A stretch of 61,695 nucleotides of DNA from the sequence record SRR31156797_3235, one strand, 5' to 3'. The notes beneath the pieces were generated by a model. That model did not search any database and was not told the origin of the DNA. It worked only from the letters and a program-made list of their open reading frames with translations. A program made the translations under genes and the position numbers. This document shows positions 19,262 to 29,336 of the stretch, piece by piece (position 1 is the first letter of the stretch; the number at the start of each line of letters is the position of its first letter).

Positions 19262-20062
19262 TCATGGCTTTTGAAGACCGTTTATACAGAAAACCGGAAT
19301 TTCTTTTCGATTGAAATATTGAATGTTGGGTCCTTCCTGCCAGTGTCGATTCTCTATGGCCGGAGGGTGCCACAGGTGTAAAACCCGAGCGGAACGGATA
19401 GCCGAACGACAATATATGCCGGCCCGGACCAAGCGGATGCCCAAGTCTTCATCTTCACCGCCCCATCCTACAAAATTTTCATCATAGCCGTTTACCTTCT
19501 CAAGGTCATTTTTGTAAATGGAAAAGTGGCCACCCAGGCTCTGACTTCTTGGGCTTTTCAAGCGCAATCGTATCAGGATTGTGCGTTTTATGGTCCTGCG
19601 ATGTCTTTTTAGAATTTCTCCATTGGATATCCCTTCATCCAGTTTTTCTAAAAGGCCATGGGAGATGGAAGTATTCAGAATTTCCTTGGTTGACGGTTCA
19701 TCCAGGTACTTAAACCCCCCGGCCACAACTTTACCGGGTCTTGCAGCATGCAAATGTTCAGCTATGGTATTCGGTAAGACCAGAAAATCACAATCAAGGA
19801 AAATCAGGTAGTCTCCACGGGCTTGTCGAATGCCATTGTTTCGAGAAGCCGCAAGACGAAATCCTTTATTGGGTTGCCAGGCGTGGTTTATGGGAAATTC
19901 ATACTTTTTTATGTGCTCTTTAAACGCTTCAACCGTTTTAAGGGAAGATCCGTCATCTGCCACAACCACCTCATCAAAAGCGCTCGCGTTCAAGGATAGT
20001 GAATCAAGGCAGCACTTCAAATGATCCAGTCTTTCATAAAAACAAATGATGACGCTAACCAT
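19262..20062 (-). CDS. GT2 glycosyltransferase with GT7-like C-terminal motif
   Basis: VADDGS, GFRLAASRNNG, FLDCD, VNGYDENFVGWGGEDEDL, HLWH. Confidence 0.88.
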   Translation of the reverse strand: MVSVIICFYERLDHLKCCLDSLSLNASAFDEVVVADDGSSLKTVEAFKEHIKKYEFPINHAWQPNKGFRLAASRNNGIRQARGDYLIFLDCDFLVLPNTIAEHLHAARPGKVVAGGFKYLDEPSTKEILNTSISHGLLEKLDEGISNGEILKRHRRTIKRTILIRLRLKSPRSQSLGGHFSIYKNDLEKVNGYDENFVGWGGEDEDLGIRLVRAGIYCRSAIRSARVLHLWHPPAIENRHWQEGPNIQYFNRKEIPVFCINGLQKP

Positions 20063-20080
20063 GCCCGTTTACCGCCTTAT

Positions 20081-21043
20081 TTAGATAAAAGCCAGAAGCT
20101 TCTTGATTTTGTACAGTTGGTGGTTCAAGGCCGCACTTGCGGTTCTTTTATAGGGAGGAAGCAGAACTTCAGTGGGCGTAAGATTTCTCTGGGGCTGTTC
20201 GTGTATAAGCCGAGACAAGTGTGGAAACAGTTGGTACCGGCGAAGCACCCGATCCCGGGCCTCCTTGAGCGCTGGGATCCGTTTTTCCCAATTGTCCCGC
20301 TCAAGAATGGTTTTAACAGATTCAAGGCCTTTACCGGGGGGATCGATAGGGATTCTGATGAATGATCCTGAAGGAAAGTAATCTTCCAGGTTGGTGCAGC
20401 CATAGTATATGGGAACCGACCAGGAGAGAAAGCAATCGGCAATTTTTTCCGTCCAATAATCGGGGCTGCTGCTGTTTTCGATGGCCAGGGAATACTTGTA
20501 AGGGGCGAGCCCGTCCCATTTGTCGTCGATAACTTGAACCGCTCTTCCAAACAGATCAATGTTCAAGGAGCCGTCCTGTTGGATAAAATCCAGAAAAGCC
20601 CATCTTTTCCTGTGCCCGGGCAAATCCCTGGCGTTGCCCACTACCCATGAAAGGGTTTTGGGCTTGGGCGGTATCTCAAGGGCCATCAGCTGGTCAAAGG
20701 TTTTGTTCACATGCCAGGGGATGGCAGGCTGTGAAACGGCAAATTTTGATGGATTTGAGGAGGGGATATGGTGAGATAAAACCTGTGAAAAGTTCTCCAG
20801 CTTCTCAACCATCCAGTCCGTGTGTCCTTTCATATACGGTTCCTGCATGAGGCACCACACGTTTTCCCCGGGACATCGGACTTTTGTTTGAGTCTTCATT
20901 TTGTTGTTCAGCACCACCAGAAAATCGCAGGCCGGTTCAGGGTTCAGAGTGAACCGTACCCCTTCCCAAACCCCTTTTCCACCCGGAGTTTGTCTGAGGA
21001 GATCGGGCCAGTCCCAGTCTTTTACAATGCCGACGGTGATCAT
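20081..21043 (-). CDS. GT10 family (alpha-1,3-fucosyltransferase-like) glycosyltransferase
   Basis: YKYSLAIENSSSPDYWTEKIADCFLSWSVPIYYG matches the GT10 donor-binding signature. Confidence 0.8.
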   Translation of the reverse strand: MITVGIVKDWDWPDLLRQTPGGKGVWEGVRFTLNPEPACDFLVVLNNKMKTQTKVRCPGENVWCLMQEPYMKGHTDWMVEKLENFSQVLSHHIPSSNPSKFAVSQPAIPWHVNKTFDQLMALEIPPKPKTLSWVVGNARDLPGHRKRWAFLDFIQQDGSLNIDLFGRAVQVIDDKWDGLAPYKYSLAIENSSSPDYWTEKIADCFLSWSVPIYYGCTNLEDYFPSGSFIRIPIDPPGKGLESVKTILERDNWEKRIPALKEARDRVLRRYQLFPHLSRLIHEQPQRNLTPTEVLLPPYKRTASAALNHQLYKIKKLLAFI

Positions 21044-21063
21044 GGATGCCTCACAAAAAAAGC

Positions 21064-21852
21064 CTAGAGCTCATCTGAATGTTCACGGTAAAAGCGTTCA
21101 TTGGGGTATTGCTCCGGACCTTCATCCATCATTTTCATGGGTGCATCAAACATCCCCTGGATGCCTTGTAGGGATGCCGCATATTTTTTTTCGTGCACAA
21201 ACCGTTGATTAAAAAGGCTGTATTTGCTTTCGGAATGGCATTTTATATTTTCCGGTTGCTGTGCCATGGTGTCTTCAGCATAATTTTTAAATCCCTTGAT
21301 GGTGTGACTGACCATGGGTGCACCATATTTACGGATGTATCGCCAGGTCATGTCACCGTCTTCCTCACCGATGCCCAAAAGCCGTTCATCGAAATAACCC
21401 AAACCGGCGATTTCTTTTTTCCGGGCAACGAAATGGGACCAGGACCGGTTGATCAGAAATGAACGTCCTCCATTTTTTTTCAGTATACTTGAGATTTTAT
21501 TCATAAATTTTCGGTCGGTGATCAGGGTATCGTCATTGAGCATGAGGACCACTTCGCCCGAGGCATGGATAAGGATCGTGTTCCAGAGTTTTGACAGACT
21601 TCTGAACACGGGAAAAAAGATGGGAAAGGTCATTTGATGCTTGGAGAGGAATTCCAGCATACGCCGTCGATAAGCCTCTCCAAATTTTCTCCCGTGTTCG
21701 CCGTTGATGGCCACCACAATTTCCGCATCCATTTCAAAAGATCGAATTTTCGTCAAAAGCGGCACAAAATAGTCTTCAAATCGTCTTTCAAAGGTGGCGA
21801 TACCGATGGAAACCGTAAAAGGACTTTCTTTTTTTCCAAAAGGGGCAAACAT
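21064..21852 (-). CDS. Divergent GT2-like glycosyltransferase
   Basis: LSKLWN, LMLNDD, GYFDERLLGIGEEDGD motifs. Confidence 0.65.
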   Translation of the reverse strand: MFAPFGKKESPFTVSIGIATFERRFEDYFVPLLTKIRSFEMDAEIVVAINGEHGRKFGEAYRRRMLEFLSKHQMTFPIFFPVFRSLSKLWNTILIHASGEVVLMLNDDTLITDRKFMNKISSILKKNGGRSFLINRSWSHFVARKKEIAGLGYFDERLLGIGEEDGDMTWRYIRKYGAPMVSHTIKGFKNYAEDTMAQQPENIKCHSESKYSLFNQRFVHEKKYAASLQGIQGMFDAPMKMMDEGPEQYPNERFYREHSDEL

Positions 21853-21887
21853 TGAACTCTCAATTGAATAGGTTCATAATGTGCCAG

Positions 21888-21917
21888 ACTATAGGGAAAA
21901 ACCGTCCAATCTGTCAA
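21888..21917 (-). promoter_or_regulatory. Sigma-70-type promoter for the minus-strand GT operon
   Basis: Minus strand TTGACA (21917-21912), 18-nt spacer, TATAGT (21893-21888). Confidence 0.55.
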
Positions 21918-21980
21918 CGTCAAAGGCCGGCTTCGACCATGTATCCCCTTGGGTGCGGGTCTTTTGCTTTCCCCTTTTCC

Positions 21981-22009
21981 TTGACTGGACCACCTGATTC
22001 CAGTAGTTT
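21981..22009 (+). promoter_or_regulatory. Sigma-70-type promoter for the permease-decarboxylase operon
   Basis: TTGACT, 17-nt spacer, TAGTTT; divergent from the promoter at 21888-21917. Confidence 0.4.
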
Positions 22010-22067
22010 CAATCATTAAAATCGCTGGAATCCTTGTCCATATACACTGTTGGAATGGGGTATCATT

Positions 22068-23534
22068 ATGCCGGAATCGGTCCGGAAAAAGGATCAGAAA
22101 GCGCTTGATCAAAAGCCCGGTCGGGGCACCATCGGATGGATCTCCCTGGCCATGATCAACCTGGCCATTATTTACAGCGTCAGAGGGCTTCCCCTCATGG
22201 CGGAGGAAGGTTTTCGCGCCATTTCGTTCATGGCTGTTTCAGCAATCATTTTTTTGATCCCCATTTCACTGGTGACAGCCGAGCTTTCTTCCACATGGCC
22301 GCCCAAGGGAGACGGCGGTGTCTACATCTGGGTCAATGAAGCCCTCGGGAAACGGTGGGCTTTCCTGGCCATCTGGCTCCAATGGAGCGAAAACGTTATC
22401 TGGTTTCCCACGGTACTCTCTTTTATCGCGGCAACCCTGGCGTATGCCTTTTCACCCCAACTGGCTGAAAATAAGCTCTATACCCTGATAGTGGTGTTGC
22501 TGGTTTACTGGGGGGGGACTTTCGCCAACCTGCGTGGCTTGAAGACCTCCGCCTGGATCAGTACCCTGGGGGTGGTGAGCACACTGATCACCACGGGCCT
22601 GATCGTTGTTCTCGGTTTCAACTGGATCATTTCGGGCAATGCCTCACAGATTCACTTTTCCATTGACGCCATGGTTCCGGATTTCACCCATATGGATAAT
22701 CTCGTATTCCTTGCCGGCGCACTGGTCATCGTTTCCGGCATAGAGGTTTCCGCGGCCCACGCGTCCCATGTGGAAAATCCCAAAAGAGCGTTTCCCAAAG
22801 CCATTTTCCTGTCCGTATTCATTTCCATTACTTCCATTATCCTGGGGTCTCTGGCCATCGCCTTCGTGGTGCCCCAGAAGGAAATCAGCCTGGTGGCAGG
22901 GCTCATGGAGGCTTTTGAAAAGTTTTTTGCCGTGTATCATCTGGGTTGGCTGGTGCCCGTTGTGGCGTTGCTCATCGTGGTGGGCTCCCTCGGGGAGGTG
23001 GCGGCCTGGATCCTGGGCCCCAGTAAGGGTCTGCTGGTATCGGCCCGGCACGGTCTTCTGCCGCCCATCCTCCAGCGCAAACGCCATGGGGATGTGCCGG
23101 TGAACATCCTCTTCCTTCAAGCCTTTGTGGTCACGGGCCTGGTCTTTGTATTTCTGCTGATGCCCACCGTGAGCAGTGCTTACTGGATTCTGACCGCCCT
23201 TACGGCCCAGCTTTACCTGATCATGTACCTGCTCATGTTCCTCTCCGCCCTTGTCCTGAGGTACAAGCGGCCGGATACCCACCGGCCTTACCGGATTCCC
23301 GGGGGTAATTTGGGTATGTGGGTGGTGGTCATGCTGGGACTTCTGGGGGGCGTGTTTACCCTGTTCATCGGATTTTTCCCCCCGTCTCAATTGAAGACGG
23401 GGAGCCTTCTGTTTTATGAGTCGTTTCTGGTTCTGGGGATTCTGGTGATGTGCGGTGCGGCCTTTTTCATATACGGTTTGAGAAAGCCAGCCTGGATAAG
23501 GGCAGATGAAAAGGACGAAGAACCATCAAATTGA
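22068..23534 (+). CDS. APC-family amino acid permease/antiporter (GadC-like)
   Basis: About 12 TM segments; FLIPISLVTAELS, GGVYIWV, GIEVSA, NPKRAFP, WILGPSKGLL, RPYRIPGG. Confidence 0.88.
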   Translation: MPESVRKKDQKALDQKPGRGTIGWISLAMINLAIIYSVRGLPLMAEEGFRAISFMAVSAIIFLIPISLVTAELSSTWPPKGDGGVYIWVNEALGKRWAFLAIWLQWSENVIWFPTVLSFIAATLAYAFSPQLAENKLYTLIVVLLVYWGGTFANLRGLKTSAWISTLGVVSTLITTGLIVVLGFNWIISGNASQIHFSIDAMVPDFTHMDNLVFLAGALVIVSGIEVSAAHASHVENPKRAFPKAIFLSVFISITSIILGSLAIAFVVPQKEISLVAGLMEAFEKFFAVYHLGWLVPVVALLIVVGSLGEVAAWILGPSKGLLVSARHGLLPPILQRKRHGDVPVNILFLQAFVVTGLVFVFLLMPTVSSAYWILTALTAQLYLIMYLLMFLSALVLRYKRPDTHRPYRIPGGNLGMWVVVMLGLLGGVFTLFIGFFPPSQLKTGSLLFYESFLVLGILVMCGAAFFIYGLRKPAWIRADEKDEEPSN

Positions 23535-23560
23535 TAAGACGGTTTTGAAACCGGGGAGGA

Positions 23561-25873
23561 ATGCATATGGAGATCAGAAAAGACGAATGGCCCATAATGA
23601 TCATTTCAGGCCAGTTCAATGCTCAGAATGACGAAGGGTACCGGCTCAGGCAGCTGACCCATCAACTGGAGGAAATCCATGATTGCCGGGTTATTCCGTC
23701 TTTTACCTACGAAGACGGCTATGAGATATTCCGCTCCAGGTCCGATTTCGGCAGCATTGTGGTGGACTGGGATATCCCCCGGGAAGACCCCGCCGAGGCG
23801 ACCACCGCGGAGCAATTGATTATCAGGATGAGGAAGCGACACCGGAATGTGCCCATCATTCTGTTGACGGGACGGATGGGAATGGAAGGGATACCCTCGG
23901 AAATCTTAAGAGATGTCAATGATTGCCTCTGGAAAACGTCTGAAACCATATCCTTTCTGGCAGGCAGGATTGAAACCCATGCGGCCGATTATATCCGGAC
24001 CAACTACCCCCCATTTTTTGGCGCAATGGTAGACTATGCCAATGAATACAAGTTCGCCTGGCACACCCCCGGCCACATGGGGGGAGAAGGATTTCTGCGT
24101 AGTCCGGCGGGTGTGGCGTTTTTTAAGTTTTTCGGGGAAAACATGTTTCGGTCGGATCTTTCCGTTTCCGTTCCGGAGCTGGGTTCCCTCCTGGAGCACA
24201 GCGGCGTGGTGGGGGACGCGGAGAAAAATTCGGCCCGGGTGTTCGGGGCGGATCAGACCTATTATGTGTTAAACGGCACCAGCAACGTGAACCAGATCAT
24301 CTGGCGGAGCCAGCTGGTTCGGGATGATATCGCCTTTGTGGACCGAAACTGCCATAAATCCCTTAACTACGCCATGGTCATCACGGATGCCTACCCCGTA
24401 TACATGATCCCCAGGAGAAACAAACGGGGCATCATCGGTCCGGTTCGCCTGTCGGAATTTTCCCCCCGATCCATTCGACAAAAGATCCTTGAGGACAGCC
24501 TAATTCCCGCGAAACTGAAAGGGGACGTGGTCAGAATGTCGGCGTTAACCAACTCCACCTATGACGGGGTCTGTTATAATGTGGTGAACATCAAAAAACA
24601 GCTGGAGAAAAGTGTTGAAAATCTCCATTTTGATGAAGCCTGGTACGCATATGCCCGTTTTCATCCCATTTACCGGGATCATTACGGCATGACCGATGAT
24701 GCGCTGGACGAAAACCATCCGCCCATTTTCTGCTCCCATTCAACCCACAAACTGCTCACCGCCTTCTCTCAGGCATCCATGCTTCACATCAAGAACGGGG
24801 GCAGGGTTGAGATCGACCCGGATGAATTCAATGAATCCTACATGATGCACGGCTCCACGTCGCCCCAATATACCATGATCGCATCCCTGGATGTTGCCAC
24901 CCAAATGATGGATGATAACGGTACCACCATGATGAATGACATTATCTTGGGGGCTATCCGGTTGCGCCGGAAGGTCGTGAAAATCGAAAAAGAATTCAGA
25001 CGTAAAGATAGGAACGACTGGTTTTTCGGCATGTGGCAGCCGCGAAAAGTGGATGTGGATGGGGAAATGAAGCCTTTTGAGGAAGTGGATATCGATTTTC
25101 TGGCGGCCCATCAGACGCCCTGGGTCATGAGCGGGGACAACAACTGGCACGGCTTTGAAGATATGGAAGACAATTATGCCATGCTCGATCCCATCAAACT
25201 GACCTTCACTACCCCCGGGATCGATGATCATGGGCAAATGGGCCATGAGGGCATTCCCGCTTCCATTGTGACCGAATATCTCATGGGGAAAGGTATCGTA
25301 TGTGAAAAGACCGATTATTATTCTTTTCTTCTCTTGAATTCTCTCGGAACCACCGAAGCCAAGCAGGGGACCCTTCTCTCCGCATTGCTCCGGTTCAAGG
25401 ACCTCTATGACGCGGATGCCCCACTGGCAATGGTTTTCCCGGACCTGGTAAAATCATATGCGGAACAGTATGAGGGTGTGGGGCTCAAAAAACATTGCAA
25501 TGATATTCACGGTTACTGGAAGGAACACCGAATACTGGAAATGATGCAGGATGCTTTCCAGGTCATTCCCGACCAGGCCATGAAGCCTTCCGAGGCCTAT
25601 CATCAGGTGGTCCGTAAAAATGTGGAGTTCGTGGAATTGGACCATATGGCGGGGCGAACGCCGGCCGTCATGATGGTGCCTTATCCTCCCGGCATACCCG
25701 TTATGATGGGGGGTGAAATCATGAATGAAAAGGCAAGCCCCATCTTCGATTATCTGAAATTGAGACAGGATTTTGAAAACGCCTTTCCCGGATATGAAAG
25801 TGAGATCCATGGCGTCGAGAGAACCTCAAGAGATGGAAAGCGGTTTTTCAGGACATTGTGTGTCAAAAAATAG
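23561..25873 (+). CDS. Wing-domain Orn/Lys/Arg decarboxylase (PLP fold I)
   Basis: N-terminal receiver-like wing; WHTPGHMGG, VLNGTS, DRNCHKS, NSTYDG, HFDEAW, HSTHKLL (PLP Lys), LDPIKLT, PYPPGIP, FPGYESEIHG. Confidence 0.92.
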   Translation: MHMEIRKDEWPIMIISGQFNAQNDEGYRLRQLTHQLEEIHDCRVIPSFTYEDGYEIFRSRSDFGSIVVDWDIPREDPAEATTAEQLIIRMRKRHRNVPIILLTGRMGMEGIPSEILRDVNDCLWKTSETISFLAGRIETHAADYIRTNYPPFFGAMVDYANEYKFAWHTPGHMGGEGFLRSPAGVAFFKFFGENMFRSDLSVSVPELGSLLEHSGVVGDAEKNSARVFGADQTYYVLNGTSNVNQIIWRSQLVRDDIAFVDRNCHKSLNYAMVITDAYPVYMIPRRNKRGIIGPVRLSEFSPRSIRQKILEDSLIPAKLKGDVVRMSALTNSTYDGVCYNVVNIKKQLEKSVENLHFDEAWYAYARFHPIYRDHYGMTDDALDENHPPIFCSHSTHKLLTAFSQASMLHIKNGGRVEIDPDEFNESYMMHGSTSPQYTMIASLDVATQMMDDNGTTMMNDIILGAIRLRRKVVKIEKEFRRKDRNDWFFGMWQPRKVDVDGEMKPFEEVDIDFLAAHQTPWVMSGDNNWHGFEDMEDNYAMLDPIKLTFTTPGIDDHGQMGHEGIPASIVTEYLMGKGIVCEKTDYYSFLLLNSLGTTEAKQGTLLSALLRFKDLYDADAPLAMVFPDLVKSYAEQYEGVGLKKHCNDIHGYWKEHRILEMMQDAFQVIPDQAMKPSEAYHQVVRKNVEFVELDHMAGRTPAVMMVPYPPGIPVMMGGEIMNEKASPIFDYLKLRQDFENAFPGYESEIHGVERTSRDGKRFFRTLCVKK

Positions 25874-25876
25874 ACC

Positions 25877-26326
25877 ATGAAGAATAAAATAAGGGAGTGG
25901 ATCAGACGATATCTGCTGGCCGATATCTTGAGCACCCTGTTGAGTCTGGCCACGGCATGGTCCATTCACAGCGTAACCGGGGACAATGTTCTGGCGGCCT
26001 TTATGGGATCCGCCATGGCATCCATCAGTTTTTACGGTATTATTGCCTATAGTGATGTGAGGAAAAGCCTGAAACATCATCGAAAGCATGCGCTTCGCTA
26101 TAATTTTACAGCTTATTTCAAAGATTTGCGAAATCTGGTGTTTGAATTCGGTCCGTCGGAGATCCTGGATGTGCTGGCGGTTCGGCCCTTTTTTATGTAC
26201 CTCATGCCGAAACTCATGGGGGAATTTATGTTGGGTACCTTCGTGGGTAAGATGATCGCCGATGTGGTCTTTTTTATCCCCGCAATTGTTATGTACGAGG
26301 TCAGAAAAAAACATTTGAGCCATTGA
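25877..26326 (+). CDS. Conserved hypothetical membrane protein
   Basis: Starts 3 nt after the decarboxylase stop; 3-4 hydrophobic segments; EFGPSEILD..VRP and GKMIADVVF motifs. Confidence 0.65.
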   Translation: MKNKIREWIRRYLLADILSTLLSLATAWSIHSVTGDNVLAAFMGSAMASISFYGIIAYSDVRKSLKHHRKHALRYNFTAYFKDLRNLVFEFGPSEILDVLAVRPFFMYLMPKLMGEFMLGTFVGKMIADVVFFIPAIVMYEVRKKHLSH

Positions 26327-26345
26327 GTTTTACAAAGAATTCCGA

Positions 26346-26385
26346 AAGCCGGAATCAAAAGGAAGCCCCTTTTGTATTCCGGCTT
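26346..26385. terminator. Long hairpin between convergent genes, probable bidirectional terminator
   Basis: AAGCCGGAAT-CAAAAGG-aagcc-CCTTTTG-t-ATTCCGGCTT; no strong U-tract. Confidence 0.55.
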
Positions 26386-26392
26386 CAACCGT

Positions 26393-26800
26393 TTATTTGT
26401 CAAAAGGTCCCCAGGGTGACAGGGACCATTCCTCCCCCGTTACGATGTCGGGCCGGTCCATTTCGAGTACATTGCTGTTCTGCTGTCGTTCCAGGTCCTG
26501 GTAATGTTGAAAGGCTCTCTCGTCCCCGGCGTAGAGACACCGGCAGTCGGCTGCGTCCGCATAAACAAAATAAAGCTTTCCGTGTCGTTTGTGCCGGCTG
26601 ATACGCTGCTGGGCCAGCGTTTTCAAATGGGCCATCTTCTGGGGGGTATCGGCCGCATATTTTTTAAAACCGGCCTTTGTGAGTAACCCCTCCGCATCCA
26701 GGACCTCATTTTTCTGCAACGCGGCGCACCCTGCCAGCATCAGGGCAATGGTCACCACTCCAACCAAAGGAATCAACCAAACCTGCATTTTTTTCATCAT
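26393..26800 (-). CDS. Small lipoprotein, unknown function
   Basis: Lipobox LAGC after a hydrophobic stretch; LLTKAGF, YVYAD-like FVYADAADCRCLYAG motif; RBS AAGGAG. Confidence 0.75.
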   Translation of the reverse strand: MMKKMQVWLIPLVGVVTIALMLAGCAALQKNEVLDAEGLLTKAGFKKYAADTPQKMAHLKTLAQQRISRHKRHGKLYFVYADAADCRCLYAGDERAFQHYQDLERQQNSNVLEMDRPDIVTGEEWSLSPWGPFDK

Positions 26801-26884
26801 ACCAAGCTCCTTTTTTTTGGGTTTACGGCAACTGTTGACCGTGTGTGGCTATCATCAAAAATGTGAATTCCCTTTTAACGTCCC

Positions 26885-28981
26885 CTATTGCCCGTTGGTG
26901 TTGAGGGCCGCCTCCAGATCCTCAAGGGTTGTAACGGGTGCTTTGCAGGCGTATTGTTCACAGATATAGACCGTGGGCGTTTGTTTCTGAGAGTGCATGT
27001 CAGCCAGGAAGGGCGCCAGCGCCATGCATTTGTCGGCATCCGGGCCCTCATCCGGCCTAAACAACACGACTTTATTGGGCAGAAACTTCTTTTGTATGTT
27101 TTTTGCCATTTCAAGCGCAGGTCCCGGATCGGGACTTCCGGCGATGACGATTTCACGGCTGGGTCCCACCATAAAATCAACGGCCCCCAGGAACTGGGTA
27201 TGGGCCATGGGGTAATGTGATACCTGTCCGGAAAAAGCGCCCATGAGTTGTTCGACCTTCTGCGCCGGATCCATATGGCCCGTCATTCGATTCAGTCGAA
27301 GCAGATTCATTGCCGCCACTGAGTTTCCCGAGGGGAGAGCGCCGTCGTAGATTTCCTTACTTCTGGTAATCAGGCGTTCGTTTCCCTTTCCGGTATAAAA
27401 AAGGCCCCCGTTTGAATCATCCCAGAAAATGTCGATCATTTCCCGGTTCAGAAGAATGGCTTTTTCAAACCAGGCTACATTGAATGTGGCTTCGTAAAGA
27501 TCCAGCAGTCCCCATACCATGAACGCATAATCGTTCAGGTAGGCGGGTATGGCGGCTTCCCGTTCCCTGTATCGGCGAAGCAGCCTGCCATTTGCGCTGA
27601 CCAGGTTTTCAAGTATAAAACCGGCGGCTTTTTCGGCGGCTTTGGAGTAGAGGGGTTCATCCAGGGTCTGTGCTCCTTTTGCCAGTGCGGCAATCATCAA
27701 CCCGTTCCAGGAGGTAATAATTTTATCATCCTTCAGGGGATGAATCCGGTTCTCACGAAGCTGAAAGAGTTTTTCCCGGGCCATTTCCAGATCTTCTAAA
27801 AGCTGTTGCAGTTCGATGCCCTCCCTGTCCGCAAACGCCTCCGGCGAAAGGGTCATGTGGGGGATACTTTTGCCCCCTTCGAAATTACCATTGTCAATAA
27901 TGTTGTAATACCGGCAGAAGAGGTCTCCAGGACCATCTCCCAGACAGGCTTTTACTTCCGCGGGGGTCCAAACGTAAAAAAGGCCTTCTTCGCCTTCACT
28001 GTCCGCGTCTTGGGCGGAATAGAATCCCCCTTTTGGGTCGGTCATATCCCTTAGCACATAGGTGAAAATTTCTTGAGCAACCCGGGCAAAACGCTCCTTC
28101 CCCGTAGCTTGATAGCACTCCGTATAAGCCATGGCCAGGAGTGCCTGGTCGTAGAGCATTTTCTCAAAGTGGGGTACCAGCCATTGCTCATCTACCGAGT
28201 ACCGATGAAACCCGAGGCCCATCTGGTCGAAAATGCCGCCGTATCTCATGGCATCCAGTGTTTTTTCAACCATGTCAATGGCCATGCTTTCGGGGTCTCG
28301 CAGATGATATCGCAACAAAAAGGTGAAATTGTGGGGGCTGGGGAATTTCGGGGCTTTTCCGAAGCCGCCCCACCGGGTATCAAAACTCTGTGAGAGCTGG
28401 CTAAAGGCTTTTTCCAATATCCTTTTTCCGGGGAGCGGGGTTGAAGAGTCGCCCGCGGGCTGGGGTTGAATGGCTTCCGTAATCTTGTCTCCCGAGGTCA
28501 AAATCCGGTTTCGATCATCTTTCCACATGGCTGCCAACTGATTGAGGATATCGATCAATCCGGGCATGCCCATGCGGCTGGTTTTGGGGAAATAGGATCC
28601 CGCAAAAAAAGGTTTGCCATCGGGGGTCATCAATACGGTGAGCGGCCAACCGCCGCGACCGGTCAGGGCCTGGCAGACGGACATGTAGATTTTGTCCACA
28701 TCGGGGCGTTCTTCGCGATCCACTTTGACGGAAATGAATTGTTTGTTGAGAATTTCCGCCACTTCATTATCTTCAAAGGATTCATGGGCCATGACGTGGC
28801 ACCAGTGGCAGGTGGCGTATCCGATGGAGAGGAAAATGGGTTTATCTTCAGCTTGTGCCTTTTCAAACGCTTTATTTCCCCAGGGAAGCCAGTGGACCGG
28901 GTTGTCGGCATGCTGAAGGAGGTATGGGCTTTTTTCCCGGGCCAACTGGTTATTGATGTGCTTACCAATTTTTTCGCCCAT
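26885..28981 (-). CDS. YyaL/SPATA20-family thioredoxin-domain protein (DUF255 plus alpha/alpha barrel)
   Basis: [71 protein letters not shown]. Confidence 0.93.
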   Translation of the reverse strand: MGEKIGKHINNQLAREKSPYLLQHADNPVHWLPWGNKAFEKAQAEDKPIFLSIGYATCHWCHVMAHESFEDNEVAEILNKQFISVKVDREERPDVDKIYMSVCQALTGRGGWPLTVLMTPDGKPFFAGSYFPKTSRMGMPGLIDILNQLAAMWKDDRNRILTSGDKITEAIQPQPAGDSSTPLPGKRILEKAFSQLSQSFDTRWGGFGKAPKFPSPHNFTFLLRYHLRDPESMAIDMVEKTLDAMRYGGIFDQMGLGFHRYSVDEQWLVPHFEKMLYDQALLAMAYTECYQATGKERFARVAQEIFTYVLRDMTDPKGGFYSAQDADSEGEEGLFYVWTPAEVKACLGDGPGDLFCRYYNIIDNGNFEGGKSIPHMTLSPEAFADREGIELQQLLEDLEMAREKLFQLRENRIHPLKDDKIITSWNGLMIAALAKGAQTLDEPLYSKAAEKAAGFILENLVSANGRLLRRYREREAAIPAYLNDYAFMVWGLLDLYEATFNVAWFEKAILLNREMIDIFWDDSNGGLFYTGKGNERLITRSKEIYDGALPSGNSVAAMNLLRLNRMTGHMDPAQKVEQLMGAFSGQVSHYPMAHTQFLGAVDFMVGPSREIVIAGSPDPGPALEMAKNIQKKFLPNKVVLFRPDEGPDADKCMALAPFLADMHSQKQTPTVYICEQYACKAPVTTLEDLEAALNTNGQ

Positions 28982-29022
28982 GAGCCTACTACCTCCCTGA
29001 ACAACCTTGTGACCATGGAATG

Positions 29023-29051
29023 AGATTAGAAAAAACGGCCAAAGGAGTCAA
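29023..29051 (-). promoter_or_regulatory. Sigma-70-type promoter for the YyaL gene
   Basis: Minus strand TTGACT (29051-29046), 17-nt spacer, TAATCT (29028-29023). Confidence 0.45.
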
Positions 29052-29116
29052 GTGAAAGGATTGGAGTAGTCGGCAGCCTCTTTTTGTAAGTTTTACGGTG
29101 TGAATACAACAAAAAT

Positions 29117-29132
29117 TGTTACGGATTTTACA
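29117..29132. promoter_or_regulatory. Candidate enhancer-binding-protein UAS (TGT-N10-ACA)
   Basis: TGTTACGGATTTTACA about 130 nt upstream of the sigma-54 -24 element, the spacing typical of PilR/NtrC-type activators. Confidence 0.35.
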
Positions 29133-29262
29133 AATATTGCGAGAAGTCGCGAATGTATGGACCTAAAAGGCCTGATATTTTGTGGGGATGATGCGGGTGC
29201 TTTGATTTAAACTGTTGGAATTGTAAATCAACCTGGATTTAATGGATTTTGTGGGCGTTATG

Positions 29263-29278
29263 CGGCGCAATAATTGCA
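29263..29278 (+). promoter_or_regulatory. Sigma-54 (-24/-12) promoter of the pilin genes
   Basis: CGGCGCAATAATTGCA: GG 29264-65, 10-nt spacer, GC 29276-77, with TTGCA -12 box. pilA genes are classically RpoN-dependent. Confidence 0.75.
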
Positions 29279-29336
29279 TAAATCTTCGACGAGCGTAAGT
29301 TTAAGGTCACTTATAACCCATGAAGGGTCTTTGCCA

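Noticed and set aside
25877-26326. Small membrane protein as the missing GtrA flippase
   Set aside because: Only size and hydrophobicity match, and it is coupled to the decarboxylase operon rather than the glycan island.
29274-29336. Long N-terminal leader on pilin 1 from TTG 29274
   Set aside because: The codon lies within the sigma-54 -12 element and lacks an RBS.
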